Below are positions 11,321-54,095 of a stretch of DNA of 64,000 nt, in pieces. How positions within the stretch are numbered: position 1 is the first letter of the stretch; every line of letters begins with the position of its first letter. A model generated the notes under the pieces. That model searched no databases. It worked only from the letters and a program-made list of their open reading frames with translations, and was not told the origin of the DNA. The DNA comes from Octopus bimaculoides (taxonomy: Eukaryota), in the NCBI RefSeq assembly GCF_001194135.2, contig NC_068998.1, forward strand, positions 19,065,392 through 19,129,391. Reading direction: 5' to 3'. The translations under genes were made by a program, and so were the position numbers.

Positions 11321-12216
11321 TACGAGGCGGTACCCAAAAGAAATCAGAATTTTGCAATATTATTTTATTCACTTAGTTTTACATGCTTACACTTTTATCA
11401 CCTTCGGAATATTATCCATTTGAGGCGATGCATCGGTCCAGATGCGTTTTCCACTGTTCGAAGCAATGCTGCCTTTTTACGCTTCCATCGTATTTTTTTC
11501 TTCACCTCTTCCACAACTGCGAATTCCGTAGCACCAGCTTTCCTCACCAGTGATGACCTTCGAAAAAAGGTCCGGGTCGATTTCCTACTGTTCTTTTGGT
11601 TCACGCACGCATCTGGTCGTGACTACTTTTGATCTTCCATGAGCAAGCGAAGCACAAATTTTACTGCAACTCTTTTCATTCGCAATTCCTCGCTTAAAAT
11701 TCGATGGTAGGAGCTCCAGGACACACCAGTCATATCAGCAAGTTCGTCAATTGTTCGGTAACAGTCCTCCAAGATCAGTTCATGAATTTTCATGATGTTT
11801 TCATTCGTTCGATAGGTCGACGGACGCCCTGAACAAGGTTGGTCTTCAAGCGAGCGATAAGTGACCATTCCAAAAGCGTGAAAACCACTCGTAAATTTGT
11901 GTTTTGTTCATGGCAGTGTCCCTGTGAGATGTTTGAAGCATGACAACTGTTTCGGCCGCCGTTTTCCCCAGCAGAAAACAGAATTTCACGGAAGCACGCT
12001 GTTCCTTCATTTCAGCCATCGGAAAAATCAACGAACAGGGGAGAAGCACTGCAAAACAAAGACGGACCACGTGGCAGCCCGACGTAACAGGACGACGCCG
12101 GTCGGCAGACTGATATCTTAGGGTAACATCAAGTGGCTTCTAGCGGTGGAAGCCTGAACTACAATGGGTTTGTCCCACAGAGAACGTTTCCGGTTACTTT
12201 TGGGTACCTCCTCGTA
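11321..12216 (-). mobile_element. Internally deleted mariner transposon
   Basis: TIRs tacgaggcggtacccaaaag / cttttgggtacctcctcgta with TA ends. Frameshifted transposase N-terminus MAEMKEQRASVKFCFLLGKTAAETVVML...EWFSRF / CSGRPST...KRVAVKFV; the catalytic domain is missing. Confidence 0.92.
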
Positions 12217-12369
12217 CGTGTGGCATCCTCGAATGCCTACAAAAATGCTAAAACGTGCAGTTTCATGTTTGTAGCTTTTATGTGGTCACTTCCGGTTTGT
12301 ACCGTAGGTCGTTGTTTACGTACATTTTCGACTACTTTACCTTTATATGTTTATATATATATATATATA

Positions 12370-13743
12370 TGTAGTGAAACTAACTATCGCCTTTATACAC
12401 AAAGAAGCCATCTTCCCCGCGGTTAAATATAAACAAGCGCGGGCGTAGTGGAAAACACATTTCTCTGTCGTCACGTGACTGATTATTATTTGAAGCGGCA
12501 ACTGCTTCATACCGTTCCCGCCAGAACGCAAACTGACCAATCACAGCTCCTAATAAGGTCAAGTGATAGAGTATTTTCTGATCCCTTCGGGAGCCTACCA
12601 TCAACTATAAATAGCCCAGATTATACCCGGCAAATTTGTCTCGGTTCAGATTTCTTAGAGACCTGTTCCGTGTACCACACAGATCAGCAGCAGCAGTTCC
12701 AGCGACCACATCAACAGCTTCGTCCAGCTACGACTGCCACCGACGTCGCCATCAGCAACACGAGTCTACGACTACTAACCAGCATCATCGCCAACATAGT
12801 CAACACGACTTTAACTACGAACTACAAGATTCGCCACCGTTGATTTCTACGTACACCAACTAACCAAACTACCGCGGCACATCTCTCTCTCTTCGATTCT
12901 GTTAGGTGTTTCATCTTCACCACGATAAATAATAGACAAGAGTTCAGCCTGCGACGAACATCTGTATAACAAGAACCCGGCCCGGCATGGAAGCCACAAC
13001 ATCACAACTAGTGATCGCTCTGCCACACACATACGCCTCAACTTCTTTCACATACAGACTNNNNNNNNNNNNNNNNNNNNNNNNNNNNNNNNNNNNNNNN
13101 NNNNNNNNNNNNNNNNNNNNNNNNNNNNNNNNNNNNNNNNNNNNNNNNNNNNNNNNNNNNNNNNNNNNNNNNNNNNNNNNNNNNNNNNNNNNNNNNNNNN
13201 NNNNNNNNNNNNNNNNNNNNNNNNNNNNNNNNNNNNNNNNNNNNNNNNNNNNNNNNNNNNNNNNNNNNNNNNNNNNNNNNNNNNNNNNNNNNNNNNNNNN
13301 NNNNNNNNNNNNNNNNNNNNNNNNNNNNNNNNNNNNNNNNNNNNNNNNNNNNNNNNNNNNNNNNNNNNNNNNNNNNNNNNNNNNNNNNNNNNNNNNNNNN
13401 NNNNNNNNNNNNNNNNNNNNNNNNNNNNNNNNNNNNNNNNNNNNNNNNNNNNNNNNNNNNNNNNNNNNNNNNNNNNNNNNNNNNNNNNNNNNNNNNNNNN
13501 NNNNNNNNNNNNNNNNNNNNNNNNNNNNNNATGTCACAATAAATATTTCTGTTATTCATCTCATGCGGTTGTCTTCTATCGTCTTAATTACTGACCATTT
13601 ATGTTATCGAAGTATAACATATTTGTATATCATCTTTGATATATATTTTGTGTTCGACCGTGTGACGCGTTTAAAATAAAAGGAGTCCTGTTTTTCCATT
13701 CGTCACCATTTCTCCTTTTTGAGTTCGCACGGTCGTTCTTACA
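12370..13743 (+). mobile_element. Probable solo LTR inserted in a (TA)n tract
   Basis: Starts TGTAG and ends TTACA, flanked by (TA)n on both sides. CCAAT at ~12537, TATAAATA at ~12606, AATAAA at ~13538 and ~13676. Contains an N-gap at 13061-13530. Confidence 0.65.
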
Positions 13744-15029
13744 TATATATATATATATATATATATAAATATATATATATACGTGGAACTAAACTCCTTG
13801 ACCTAACCTGATGAAGTCGAACCAAGTCAAGATTTCTTCTTATAAGAACGAAAATATTGTTAGTGATTTACCAGAATCTATTTATTTTTTCGTTCTTTTT
13901 TGTTTTGTTTGTTTTTGTTATGTTTTTCATAAATTCTCACCAAATTTTTATATTTGATTTTGCAAGTACTCCATGAAGTATATATGCTAACCCTGTTTGT
14001 TGTCTCCTATATGTTATCGTCGACAGAATCATATTTGAGTTCAAATCCCGCTGAAGTCAGTTTTTACTTTTAATCTTTCTGAGATCGATAAAATGTTACT
14101 TATCTGTGTAAGTACTTAGGTCGATATACACGATTAACGCCACCATTCCAAAAAGCTTCTATCCTTGTGTCTATGTTAGAAAATTATCATATGCTAACAC
14201 TTTTGAAGCTTTTAGATCTCCATATGCCGATGAGTTCTGCTATTCAGAATAAAGTTTTTTTGTGGCTTCCATTAGTCAAGGTTGACCACGCATGTAGACA
14301 CAAGTATCGGTAAGATTTCGTCTGAAGAAAACTGGCAGTTGACCATGTATGCACGCAAGTCTTCCCTCTCCACGTCACCGATGTTTATTCAAGAGAAAGA
14401 CCAATGAGTTGGGTCAATACAGTGTTATCGCAAGTATGGCAGTTGATTTCAACTTCATTTCCAATCTCGTGTAAACCACGAGTTTATCATGCGTGCAGAT
14501 CCCATTTCAGCCAATCAGAACATTTTGTTCACGTGGTGAGTTCTAGAATTTTCCTTCAACGAACGCCTTAATGCAACGGTTTTTAGCACGAGAAAGCAGA
14601 GGGAATTCAGGTTTCGCTGAATCAGTCTCGGGTGAATATCTCTTGTAGCTGTTTCCATAGCTTGATACCCAAACCAGCGCGACTCTCCTAATAGCTGTTT
14701 TCACAGTTCTATACCCAACTCGGAGATGGATGAAGAATCAACGCGGCCATACGTAATTGCAGCAATCTGAAAAATCAGCGTAATTATCAATTATCTGGCA
14801 AAAGGTACCTGAAAAAAAGCAATGTTCATATATGACTAACTCTGTCTGCATTTCATGAAACCATGTAATAGCGTAGTAATAAATTATGCATATAAACTGA
14901 CACCAAGTCTTTGTCATAGCCAACGCTACGCGAGCATTATTGTCTGAATGCAAAAAGCAAGAATAGATACCGTAAGGTATCTTACCTAACCCTCTAATAG
15001 TTCCGCTAATCAATAGACCATCCTCCTTT

Positions 15030-15760
15030 GATAATATTTATCGACCCCCGAAAGGAGTGAACAGCAAAGTTGATTTCGGTGGCATTTGAACTCAGAGCGT
15101 AGATCCGGAAAAAGTACTATAAAGCGTTCTATCCAACACTCTAACAACTCCGATAATTCGCAACCAAATTAGTCTTTAATAATCGTTTCTAGACTGAAAT
15201 TTTGTGGGAGAGAGCAAGTCGATTTCATCGACCTCAGTACCCAGCTGGTATTTATTTTATCGACTCTGAAAAAATGAAAAGTAAAGTCGACCTCGGCGGA
15301 ATTCGAACTCAGAATGTATATTAGTCTTTAATATGAATAATGGTATTTTTTTTTCTATTAAATCTGCGTCTCTTTTTGAAGTAGAGGGTTTACCTAAAAA
15401 ACAAAGGATTTCCGATGGCTTTGATGATCAGATTCGTTCAAACACACAAAAAAATAGGAAAAATAATTTCACCTCCAAAGTGTTATTTTAAAGTACTGCT
15501 ATTGAATATCTCTCGTTCAGAGATTAAGGAACAATAACGCTTCTATTTTTTCTTTAATTTTATTTTTAAATATAATGTCCATATAGGCGACGAACTGGCA
15601 GAATCAATAGAACGCCGGGCGAAATGCTTAGCTGTTTCATCCTTCCTGACGTTCTGAGTGCAAATTCAGCCGAAGCCGACTCTGCCTTTCATCCTTTCGT
15701 GGGTCGATAAAATAAGAAGCAGTTGAGCAATGGAGTCGATGAAATCGACTTAACTACTCC
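15030..15760. mobile_element. Cluster of family-B SINE copies (minus at 15030-15315, plus at 15587-15760)
   Basis: gtcgacctcggcggaattcgaactcag; ggcgacgaactggcagaatc...cgccgggcgaaatgcttag...gcctttcatcctttcg. Confidence 0.75.
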
Positions 15761-16089
15761 TAGGTATGAGTATAAAAACTGCACCCCTCTACCAAGTCAT
15801 GTCGAACCAGTGTAGCAGAGTACACTCATCAAACCAGTATGATCTCAATCTCAAATTCACAGCTTACACATAAAACCGTGGTTGGTGGAGAAAACGTGCT
15901 GAAGCCCTCGTCCTGCAGTGGACTGAACATGGGCAATCCAATCCAATGTCGATATATAACACCACCGAGAACTAACTGCACTATGAAGATTAGGGAACTA
16001 CGTATAGGACATCCTAGAAGGCCTCGGTGAATTCTATAAAGTTGAATGACAGCGTAGAAATAGGTGAAACTTGGTCTCCACTATCCCTT

Positions 16090-16435
16090 CCTCCTTATTC
16101 CACGAAATGCATTTAGGATACTCTTTAGTATTGTTGTTCTTATACAGTTACGGAACATCAGAGTATCTTTCGTTTTGTTTCTCAGCAATTAGGAGAGCAA
16201 TTCTCTTGTGGTGCTTGTTAGCCTCTTCTCTCATCCTTCTTGATGCGGACATCACTATAGGAGTGAATGAGCACTTCTCTATTTGAAGTACCCGCTCATT
16301 GCAACATCTCTTCTCCCGTTCATGTACTGCATAAACCCGAAATAAATTCTTGTAATGATATATGTAGATGCAAGGGAAGGCTTCTCGGTTGCTTTATGAA
16401 AAGAATGAAAGATGACTGGGTTCTAACATCGTAAA
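16090..16435 (-). mobile_element. CRE-clade-like non-LTR retrotransposon C-terminal remnant
   Basis: Broken minus-strand frame DVRTQ...ERVLQIEKCSFTPIVMSAS..M.EEANKHHKRIALLIAEKQNERYSDV resembles the RLE end of CRE-type elements (FTPLVFS..GGMG..C..YHKRLA). Confidence 0.6.
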
Positions 16436-17319
16436 GTAAACGAGATTTGGACCAGACCAGTGAATTCTTCTCCTGAGAGGACCGTAAACAACACGGATCA
16501 CGATCGATGCGATATAATTGAAACAGATGAACATGCTGCCATTACACAAACGCACAAAAAAATAACAACCAAAGAACATACATACATAAACATACATAAA
16601 TACTTGCATACACGCATACGTACGTACGTACATACATATCTATGTACGTTTTTGCGTGCGAAGAATCCACAAAATATTCACGAATTTCACTAAAAGGTGT
16701 CCCCATTTTAATTGCTCCATATTTAAAAGACTTTAAATCACCAGTACAAGCTAATGGAACACTCGTTGATCACGTAATACTCTCGCTATATAGTCACGTT
16801 AATGGGATTGGTTTTCTAAGAGTGAAATGTCTTAAGAATTAAAGTGACGTTGAATTAAGAATTAATGGACGTTGAACCAGCGAATATTCTCTCTTAGATA
16901 ATATTTCAGGTGAAATAAACATCAGAAACTACAGCTGCTACTCAGAGGTTTTGCAAGCTCTTCTAAACCCATCGCAATGCTGAAAAACCTTTCCACATCG
17001 TCAGCGGGTATCTCGGGATCAACAAGTGTTTTGTCCCTTAGCCTGTACGCTTCACCTTCAGTGTAGCGAAATGATATATTTTAATCTATACTACCAAAAA
17101 AACTTAACTGGTTTCTGTTACCAGACTGCATGCAGTCATACTAGGGTATCACTTTTAAAGATGAAGTTGATCATTTGAACTCCAGTACCTGATTTTACTT
17201 GGACGCCAGTAGGATGAAAGGTACGACACTATGCATGGCTCGCCGCGCCGAGGATATTATATTGGTAATTTGAAATACCGCTGAATAAACAAATGCTATA
17301 AGCTTCATATAGCATCTTC

Positions 17320-17375
17320 GTTGCCGTGGCAACCAATGTTTCTATGACAAAGAAAACTTTTATTGTGACGTATCG
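17320..17375. promoter_or_regulatory. Candidate RFX X-box pair plus CRE-like site
   Basis: GTTGCCGTGGCAAC (17320-17333), GTTTCTATGACAAA about 4 bp downstream and TGACGTA at ~17364, near a CpG-rich patch. Confidence 0.45.
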
Positions 17376-17900
17376 CGTTTTATTTAACTTGCTCTGAAGT
17401 TTTCTTTTCGTCAAGAACCGTTAATGGCATATCTCAGCTTGTTGGAGCCCACTACTGCGGATGGGAACAAATATTTTGGGTGTTATAATAAGCTAATCTG
17501 GTGTCACTTGTCCTCTAGCTTACAGAACTTATAGCTAGAATTGCAGTCGAGAACCGCTACCAAGTGATCTGCGATTTTTTAATGATATTACTGAATTGTC
17601 AGTCTCCCATCAATCACAATTATACTCGCTTTTCTGATGCCCAAAAGGCTCAACCTGTAACCAGAACTCGCTGAAATAGCTAAAACAGTATCCGCGGAGA
17701 ACCAGTAAACTTTTTTTAACTTTTATTTTTTACTTGCTGTAACCATTGGACTACGGCCATGCTGCAGCACCGTGTTGAAAGATTTAATCAAATAAAATGT
17801 CTAGTGCTTACTCTCTATCGATCTCTTTTGCCGAACCTCTATGCTATGAGCACAAAATAAAACAACACCGGTTGCCAAACGATGGGGGTACAAACACACA

Positions 17901-17946
<46 letters not shown>

Positions 17947-18371
17947 NNNNNNNNNNNNNNNNNNNNNNNNNNNNNNNNNNNNNNNNNNNNNNNNNNNNNN
18001 NNNNNNNNNNNNNNNNNNNNNNNNNNNNNNNNNNNNNNNNNNNNNNNNNNNNNNNNNNNNNNNNNNNNNNNNNNNNNNNNNNNNNNNNNNNNNNNNNNNN
18101 NNNNNNNNNNNNNNNNNNNNNNNNNNNNNNNNNNNNNNNNNNNNNNNNNNNNNNNNNNNNNNNNNNNNNNNNNNNNNNAAGTGACATGAATGAACCCAGT
18201 TAGCTCTGACGAGCAAGGGTCCTTACAGTTGCAATAGAAAAGGTAGAGAGAGAGAGAGAGAAAGAGTGTGTGTGTGAGTGAGAGAAGTCTGCACAACTGA
18301 GACTGGAGCTTGTCTATGAGTGACTTAATGCCATTCTGTCTGGTGGGCTTTTTTCTGATTGTGCTCTAGGA

Positions 18372-18641
18372 CAGGGGTTTTCAAACTGTGGTCCGCGGAC
18401 CACAAGGGGTCCGCAAAGCAAATACTTTTTATGGGCAATTTGATTTTATATGTTTTTTAATCGAAATCTTTTATTGACAATAAACCTATTTGTTAAATAC
18501 CGTGAAATAAATAAATGTAAAAATATTTGTTATTTTAAGCAAATATTTATGTATAAATTTCATAAGCGTTTATAAGGGGGTCCCTAAGGTAAAGCCTGAA
18601 ATATAAAGGGGTCCGCAAGTCAAAAAGTTTGAAAACCCCTG
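18372..18641. mobile_element. hAT (Charlie-like) MITE with perfect 8-bp TSD
   Basis: TIR caggggttttcaaac / gtttgaaaacccctg; TSD ctctagga at 18364-18371 and 18642-18649. Confidence 0.92.
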
Positions 18642-19949
18642 CTCTAGGATGTTTATGTGCAGCAGCAATACTGTCCCCAAAACATGGTTTTAAATTTTGG
18701 CACATCAGCAATTTTTTTAAGGAACGTACATAAATATGTATGTACGTTCTTGCGTGCAAAGAATCCACAAAATATTCACGAATTACACTAAAAGGTGTCC
18801 CCATTTTAATTGCTCCATATTTATCAACTGGTACTTCAAAAAAAAAAAACCTAAAGTTAACCTCGGCGGAATTTGAACTCAGAATGTTAAGAGACAGAGG
18901 GAAAAAAATGTTGCTAAGCCTTTTGCCTGATACACTAACAATTCTGCCAGGTTGTCTTGTACAGTTCCAAATAATAATAGGACAATACTTCACGTGAGCT
19001 GCACCTAAATTTGTAGAACATCAATTATTGTCGGAAACAATTAACCGAGTTGTGTTAATTTGTAGTTTAATGATGGTGTTGATAATAAAGAGACGGCGGA
19101 GATACTCGATTGTATCGAACGCAGTATATTGTCTTCTATCTTTTACTTGCTTCAGCCACTGGACTGAGATCATACTAGGACAACGCCTTGAAGGGTTTAG
19201 CCAAACAAATAGATCCCAGTACTAATTTTAAAGTCTAGTATTTATTTTGCATCATTCTCTTTTGCTGAATCACACTAAATTAGGGGGACATAAACTGGCT
19301 GGGTCTGACCAGTTTGCACATAAAACGCATAGAATATTTGGGTCAAATACAGCTAGATTAAATGCTGGTGCAATGGAAATGACTGAAGTTCTATAGAGAT
19401 GGGTTAAATGCCATACTGCATTTAGTTTTATGTGACTTGGTTGCAAATTCAAAACCCACAACGGTTGACTTTTCCTTCCAAGATGAAAGGCAATCAATCA
19501 ATGCAAGAAATAGACTGACATCAGTTCAGTCATGTTCCTATCCTAATATATGTCTTCTACCTTTAGCTGTTACCTCAACAGTGAACAGTGGTAAACTATC
19601 ACCAAGCTGAATCTATAATTCAGTTCCAATTTCTAATTGAAGCCATTTCACTTCATCAATATCACTAACACTCTTGAGTATGAATGTCACATCATCACAT
19701 TTCACCACCTACCAACTAATTAGATATTTTGCTGTTTGATAAAGTGAGTCATCAAGAATATTTCTGCTTATGATAAGAGAAGCATTGAGTATGTAATTAG
19801 TCCTCTCCTTATTGACTACACCCCCCACNNNNNNNNNNNNNNNNNNNNNNNNNNNNNNNNNNNNNNNNNNNNNNNNNNNNNNNNNNNNNNNNNNNNNNNN
19901 NNNNNNNNNNNNNNNNNNNNNNNNNNNNNNNNNNNNNNNNNNNNNNNNN

Positions 19950-22074
19950 NNNNNNNNNCCACCCCAAAAAAAAACTTCAGGCCTTGTGTCTAGGATTATG
20001 ACTAGCAATAAAAGAAAAACAAATAAATCTTGATCTAATAATTTGAGGATTTGTTGGCAACTACTTCCTGCAGATCAAATGACTAGTTATGGGCTCCCTC
20101 ATTAGCTCATGAGACTACACAGAAGCATCCCTGATGAGTCAAAACATAAGTTTTCAATATTGGTAAGTATGACTCAACCAAAGATAAGAAATGCCATATT
20201 AAAGAAAAAGAAATTTTTTTTTAAATAAATAAAATACATTAAAAGACAAAAAGTAAATTATGTACAAATACAGTAAAAAAGAACTATCTAACACTTGGGA
20301 CATAAACCACTCATAACTGAGGAGCACTTTTACTTAACGATCATATAGTCATATATTGGTAATCTTAAAATAAAAAGCAACACAATCTCCTTCGGCAGTA
20401 AATCTCTTTTCATTTGTCTTTAATATGTCTTCATTTCTGAAACTTAATTTTACTTCAAGTTCAACATATGAAACTTAAATGAGCATATTTGTTAAGATTT
20501 GGTTGGTTGGTTTTATTAATTAATTTTTTTTTTGTCTTCTAAATATCTGAGTTTTTTTTTCTTTTCAATTGCAGCTCATAAGAACTGAAGAGTTCGTAGA
20601 TTAAGTCACTTCTCATTAAGTCTATAGGCATTGAGTCAAAACAGGAGCTCCTTTTTACAAGAAAGAATAGATGAGTCCAAAGGTCTTTAAGTCACCTGTG
20701 TTGGGAGTAGATACGTCAATATATTGCAGGAAAACAATTGTCCATAATTTTAAAATCAATCTTCAAGAATGAATGATCTTAACCAAAAGAAATTTGCATT
20801 AAATATAAAGCAATTTTGGTTGACATTTATCTTCACATTCTCTAATTTAAAACTTAATTAAAAAAAAAAAAAAAAAAGAAAAGAAATATACAGTGGTGTC
20901 TTGAGTTAGAGATATCAAGACTATTACTATTAAAAACACCTTGAAGTTAATTAAAGATTAAAAACATTATGATGATATCAAAGAGATTACATCAGTCAGC
21001 AGTCAGCTCAAGTGATTACAGTGAAATTATACACTTGTAAATTACAAGCTGGGAGAAAATGTAACATTTGCTGGAAATGAATATCTGTCAATGATAAGTG
21101 TGGTTAATATTGTTCAATACTGAGTAGTTTAACCACAAAAAAAAAAAATTAACTAAAATCAAACTTTCATTAAATCTATGATAATGATATCACAATCTCT
21201 CAAATCATGGATAATGAAAGCATTATAAGTTGTTTTGTAAATTCCTCAATCTATGATTTACAAGTTAATCACATAATTCAGAGATGTTATGACAATCACC
21301 AGTACAAGAGTTTTTGAAATATAAAAAAGAAATATCATGGCCATTTTGGATTTCAGTACTGCATATATACAGACACAACAACATGGCTAGTCTTCAAGCA
21401 ATCAAGCAGCCATTAGATAGTTGCCAACGTTACTTGATCATGCTCCCAATAAAATAGCCCCAAAAATCGAAAATGTTTTTGGATTGGAAGAAGTCTATAG
21501 AACACAAGCTATTGAAAAACATTTGGGTGGTCAGAGCATCAGTATTTACTCATGATGAGGGAAAAGGAAATAACGAAACGAGAGCACCTGAAGAGATTTG
21601 AGGAATGTAGAACTGATGTAATAATAAGTTTTCTTGGTAGAGTAACAACAGCTTCTTTTAAGGGAGAAGATAAAAAAAAGAAATTCTTAAATAAGGCGTC
21701 AGAGTGAAAAGAAAGAAAAGAAATGAAGACATTCAGAAGTAGGATTTATCCAAAAGTTAATCCTATTATCATTTCACATTAGAAAATAACTACCACCATA
21801 GCTACAATACAAAAAAAAAGAGGAAATTATAAAAATGGTGAGTAGATACTTCAACGCAAAAGACGCATGTATATACACACACACACACACATACATACAT
21901 ACATACATAATACTCATACACACACACACATGCATGTACACACACATACACACACACACAAAAAAAGAAATTAATGAAATCAGGGTTGTATGATAAAACA
22001 GTGAAAGACAAACAGAATTCTTGTATTCATTTGTTCAAGCTTAGCAAGAATGAGGGTTGCTTCGAGTGGAAACA

Positions 22075-22107
<33 letters not shown>

Positions 22108-22759
22108 ATATAGTCTCAATTGTCTAATAAATTTCCACATTTGCTTTTTCATACTGTTTTTTTTTTTCCATTTTTATTTATGTTTCAAACTTTGTTTATT
22201 TTTTTTAAAAAGCTCCTTTTTTCCCCCTTATTTTGTCTTTCTTTTTGTTCTGAATAGTGTCAGAAGAAAAGTGGATAACCTAAATTTGTAGTTGTTTAGT
22301 ATGTTGTATGCTGTTAGTTCCATACAAACAGTGTGGAAAAACTGGTCAAACATGGGGGCAACTACAGAAAGAGAGAAAAGAAGTACATAAGGTTGTTTTC
22401 TTTTGGTTTCTTTTCTTTTAAAGTAGGGGAGATAACTTTAATGGTAGAAATAAATAGGGTGGAGGAATGGAAAGTTCAAACAGCTTCAGGTAAATAAGCC
22501 ATGACAATAGAGAAGCTCAAAGTTAGTCTAGATGGCAGGCAAACCAAGTACCATTACAACTATACAGGTCAAGGGTTTCAAAATTTTTCAAATTTTCCTT
22601 TGTTCTTGTCAGTTGTCTTTTTGTTTTTGTTTTTTAATTTTGATACAAAAATTCACTGGAGCATTGTTTCAAGATAAGTGAGAGAAGAGACACTGCCATC
22701 AGCTTCATAAACCATTCTCCTTATTTATGTTGTTGGTAAAAATAAGTCAGCAGAGGGCT
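19950..22759 (-). other. Putative long 3' UTR of DPP9
   Basis: Directly downstream of the stop, nearly free of recognisable TEs and CpG-poor. There are minus-strand AATAAA candidates (plus-strand tttatt, e.g. ~20513, ~22173, ~22195). The true end is unknown. Confidence 0.4.
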
Positions 22760-53701
<30,942 letters not shown>

Positions 53702-54051
53702 CTAGAAATAAACAGAAGTTTAAATTTAAAAAGTAAACCCTTTTCATATTCAGATAAATTGTATTCAAAAGATGTCAAATTATTAAAAGATATTTAGGAA
53801 GGGTGACACGTAAAAGCACCCACTACACTCTCTGAGTGGTTGGCGTTAGGAAGGGCATCCAGCTGTAAAAACTCTGCCAAATCAGATTGGAGCCTGGTGT
53901 AGCCATCTGGTTTCACCAGTCCTCAGTCAAATCGTCCAACCCATGCTAGCATGGAAAGCGGACGTTAAACGACGACGACGACGACCGAAGAAGATGCTTC
54001 CAGCTACAATAATACTTGAAACACAAATATACTAAGAAATCATTTTAATTG

Positions 54052-54095
<44 letters not shown>

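Noticed and set aside
14365-14540. CCACGTCA (XBP1/UPRE-like), CCAAT and CACGTG cluster as an ER-stress promoter
   Set aside because: The CCAAT-to-CACG spacing is not the ERSE N9, the motifs are short, and no gene is attached; this is within chance expectation.
20120-20160. CTGATGAGTC as a hammerhead core (also ctgatgaag at ~13807)
   Set aside because: There is no closing stem II followed by GAAA and no stem I partner.
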